Below, one piece after another: positions 61,515 through 64,000 of a DNA stretch of 64,000 nucleotides. How positions within the stretch are numbered: position 1 is the first letter of the stretch; each line of letters opens with the position of its first letter. Both the position numbers and the translations under genes were made by a program. The DNA comes from Malacoraja senta (Eukaryota), in assembly GCA_038087875.1 (NCBI GenBank), contig JAXLNO010005561.1:62001-126000 (forward strand), written 5' to 3'. The notes under the pieces were generated by a model. That model made no database searches. It saw only the letters and a program-made list of their open reading frames with translations, and was not told the origin of the DNA.

Positions 61515-64000
61515 TACATAGAATATTACTAATTTCAAGTCCTGAAAGATGAACATTCTGCAAAATCAAGTAGATAGAAATTGTACGGTTTGTACAGGAA
61601 TGTTGCACGGCTGATTACAGTTGGGAACGATTTCTCTATATGAAAACTACTGAAGTCCATATCTTCAATACTGAGTTTACATTACTACTGCTACAGGAAA
61701 TCTGGTTCCTTTTGTGAAATAACATGCAGAATAACAAACTGAAACCCTTACCTGAGAACATCCACCAAAGGAGACATTGACAGCACATGGAAGGGAAGGA
61801 AATTGCGCCATTAGTTACTTTTCTGAAACTATGTTAATAAAAGTATACACGGTTCTTACAAAGGGGCATTAGTATTAGAGCAGTGGATAAGGACCAGGCA
61901 TCTGCATTTAGATTGACAGATCAGGTCAGGCAACCACCAATTTGTCATTTCCTATCCGGTTTCAACTCCAAAGCTTCAGATTGTAGCTTTCTAAACAAGT
62001 TGTGGATCAGCTGTATCAGTATAATAACAAAGACAGCGTGAATTGCCACATCTGCTTGTTCTTCTATCTTGGTTTGAAACATGCCAATTTATTTTCCTAC
62101 GTATTATTATGCTTCAGATGTTTAACAATATAATGCTCAAAACCAATCCACAAAAATAAATGTTTAATGTTTATTACAGTGTTCATCAATAATTTGAATA
62201 AAACAAGGTTAACAAGTTTGTTATCAAACATTCCTTCATTCAGACATTGGACACAAATATTAGATAGAGTTGGAAAACATCTACCCAACCTTTTAAGAAA
62301 GATAATGTTATGTTGTTTTAGAGATTGATAAACAAAGCCTTCATTGAACCACAGGTAGGCTTCTCAATACTGTGTCACAGCTAACAAAATATACACTCGC
62401 ATTAAACATGCTTTCCAAAATGCCATAGTGTTTAATACAGCGTGTGAAGAGAAACAACTCCTGTAAATTACTGTGCAAGACCATAAAATATACAACCTTG
62501 AATTTATATGGCTTTATTTTAACATGCACATTAAAAAAAAATCAAAACTATTTAAAGAAAGTATGACAACATGCATGAACAGTTCTCTTAATTATATTGC
62601 TCTTTGCATATCTTCCCAGATATTAAACAGAATTATTGAGAAACTGAGATGAGTAGTTAAATCCTCCTTAGTGCAGTTGATAGTAAAACCCATGCATGAC
62701 TAAGGATGGTCATGCCAGAGAATTGCTTCATTTTTTGCAGGTGTCCTTTACTATTTTGGATTACATCATTGATTTCCTACTTTTCACTTCTCGTACAGTC
62801 TTCAAAGGCTCAAGAAGAAAATAAATCAGCTTAGCAGAAAGCCATCTACGATCTTGAAACTTGCACAGGTACCAAAAGTTAGCATGACGTATTGTGCTCC
62901 TGTGGCATATTGTCCACATCGTTTTTTATTCTTAACATAAAGCAACTAACTGTACAGTAAATATCCACCCTATAAGCTGTGGCAATTTGCACTTCATTCA
63001 TACCGTAGGATGATGCAACAGAACCTGCTCACGTTCTAATCAATATTACCAATTTCCCACATGTAGGTATATACAGTAGACATCAAGCTAATAACTTCAA
63101 ACTACTTTCAAAACATTATCTAATTCACCTAAAGTATAAAAAGCAAGGCTTTTTTCTGTCATACAGTTATTTTGCTCACAATCAGCATGTACGCAGGATG
63201 TTTTGAGAGGATATAGATGAAAATATAACCTAGGCAGTTAAAAACTTACAGATTCAATGAGATGTGTGCAAACTACAGTATGGGGTTTATATTAATAAAC
63301 ACTGTAGTCATGCAACATAAATTTGTGGAATTACTTTTCTCAAAATTAGCCCAGGAAATATATTTGTTCCCAGGCCAAATTAGGTTTGTAATGAATCCCA
63401 TATTTTTTGTCGTTGCAACTTTTTGATGTTTCTCATGTAAACACTTTGAAGATGTAGACTGCATGGAGCAGTGCCACAATTATCACCCTAAGGAAGGTGC
63501 TCAGCACTGGCTGAAACCTCAGGGCCAGTAAACCTGAGAGATCTGAACACAATTCCCAAGAAAGAAAAATCTAATTAAATTTGCATTCATTCTGTAGTCC
63601 TAGCATAGTTCCAAAAGCTTTGTTATGCCTGATGCTTAGAAATAGGTACAAGTACAGTAGGTAAAAGGGTTACAACGCCATTGCTGCTCTGAAAGTGATA
63701 TACACTTCCATTGTTGCTAATACTATTCTACTCCCACCTACACATCTGAGCTCCAAGAATCTGAAGTGACCAGCAGAGAAAAGGTTATGACCTTTTGAAC
63801 CAGTGGACTCTGCCTCATTTCACATGAGAACAGATAACAACTTGAGTAAGTGTGTTATCCTCAATCATAACTTAACTAAATTTACTGAATTGCTTAATCA
63901 TTTGGACTTTGTGGTAATCAACCAGCATCATAACTCTGTTACATTAAACAATGTATCGAACTCCAAGATGGATATATATTAAATGATTGATCAAAGGGAA

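Noticed and set aside
1-64000. CRISPR array, operon or prokaryotic defence system
   Set aside because: Eukaryotic repeat landscape; the recurring pLTR repeats are dispersed, divergent and not regularly spaced.

Overview
This is vertebrate non-coding DNA. The repeat content (HE1-like V-SINEs with CR1/HER1 tails, Neptune-type Penelope elements) fits a cartilaginous fish such as a skate or ray; this assignment is an inference. I recognise no host protein-coding exon, rRNA, tRNA gene or CRISPR array, so the window looks like a long intron or intergenic region. All recognisable protein homology is transposon-derived: Penelope-like GIY-YIG endonucleases, CR1 and Rex1/Babar reverse transcriptase fragments, and a Tc1 DD34E transposase. 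Other elements are a Tc1 copy carrying two nested insertions, three PIF/Harbinger-type MITEs and a probable non-autonomous Helitron. The most notable structure is about 25 copies of the Penelope 3' terminal repeat (pLTR), which contains a minimal type I hammerhead ribozyme (CUGAAGA-stem II-GAAACGUH). Several copies are only 93-130 bp long and have their own 13-14 bp target-site duplications (TSDs). Others are ~200 bp fold-back (inverted) pairs, one of which is bracketed by a single TSD. Candidate recursive-splice motifs (YAG|GT) on the minus strand and repeat-poor, possibly conserved blocks are also flagged, at lower confidence.
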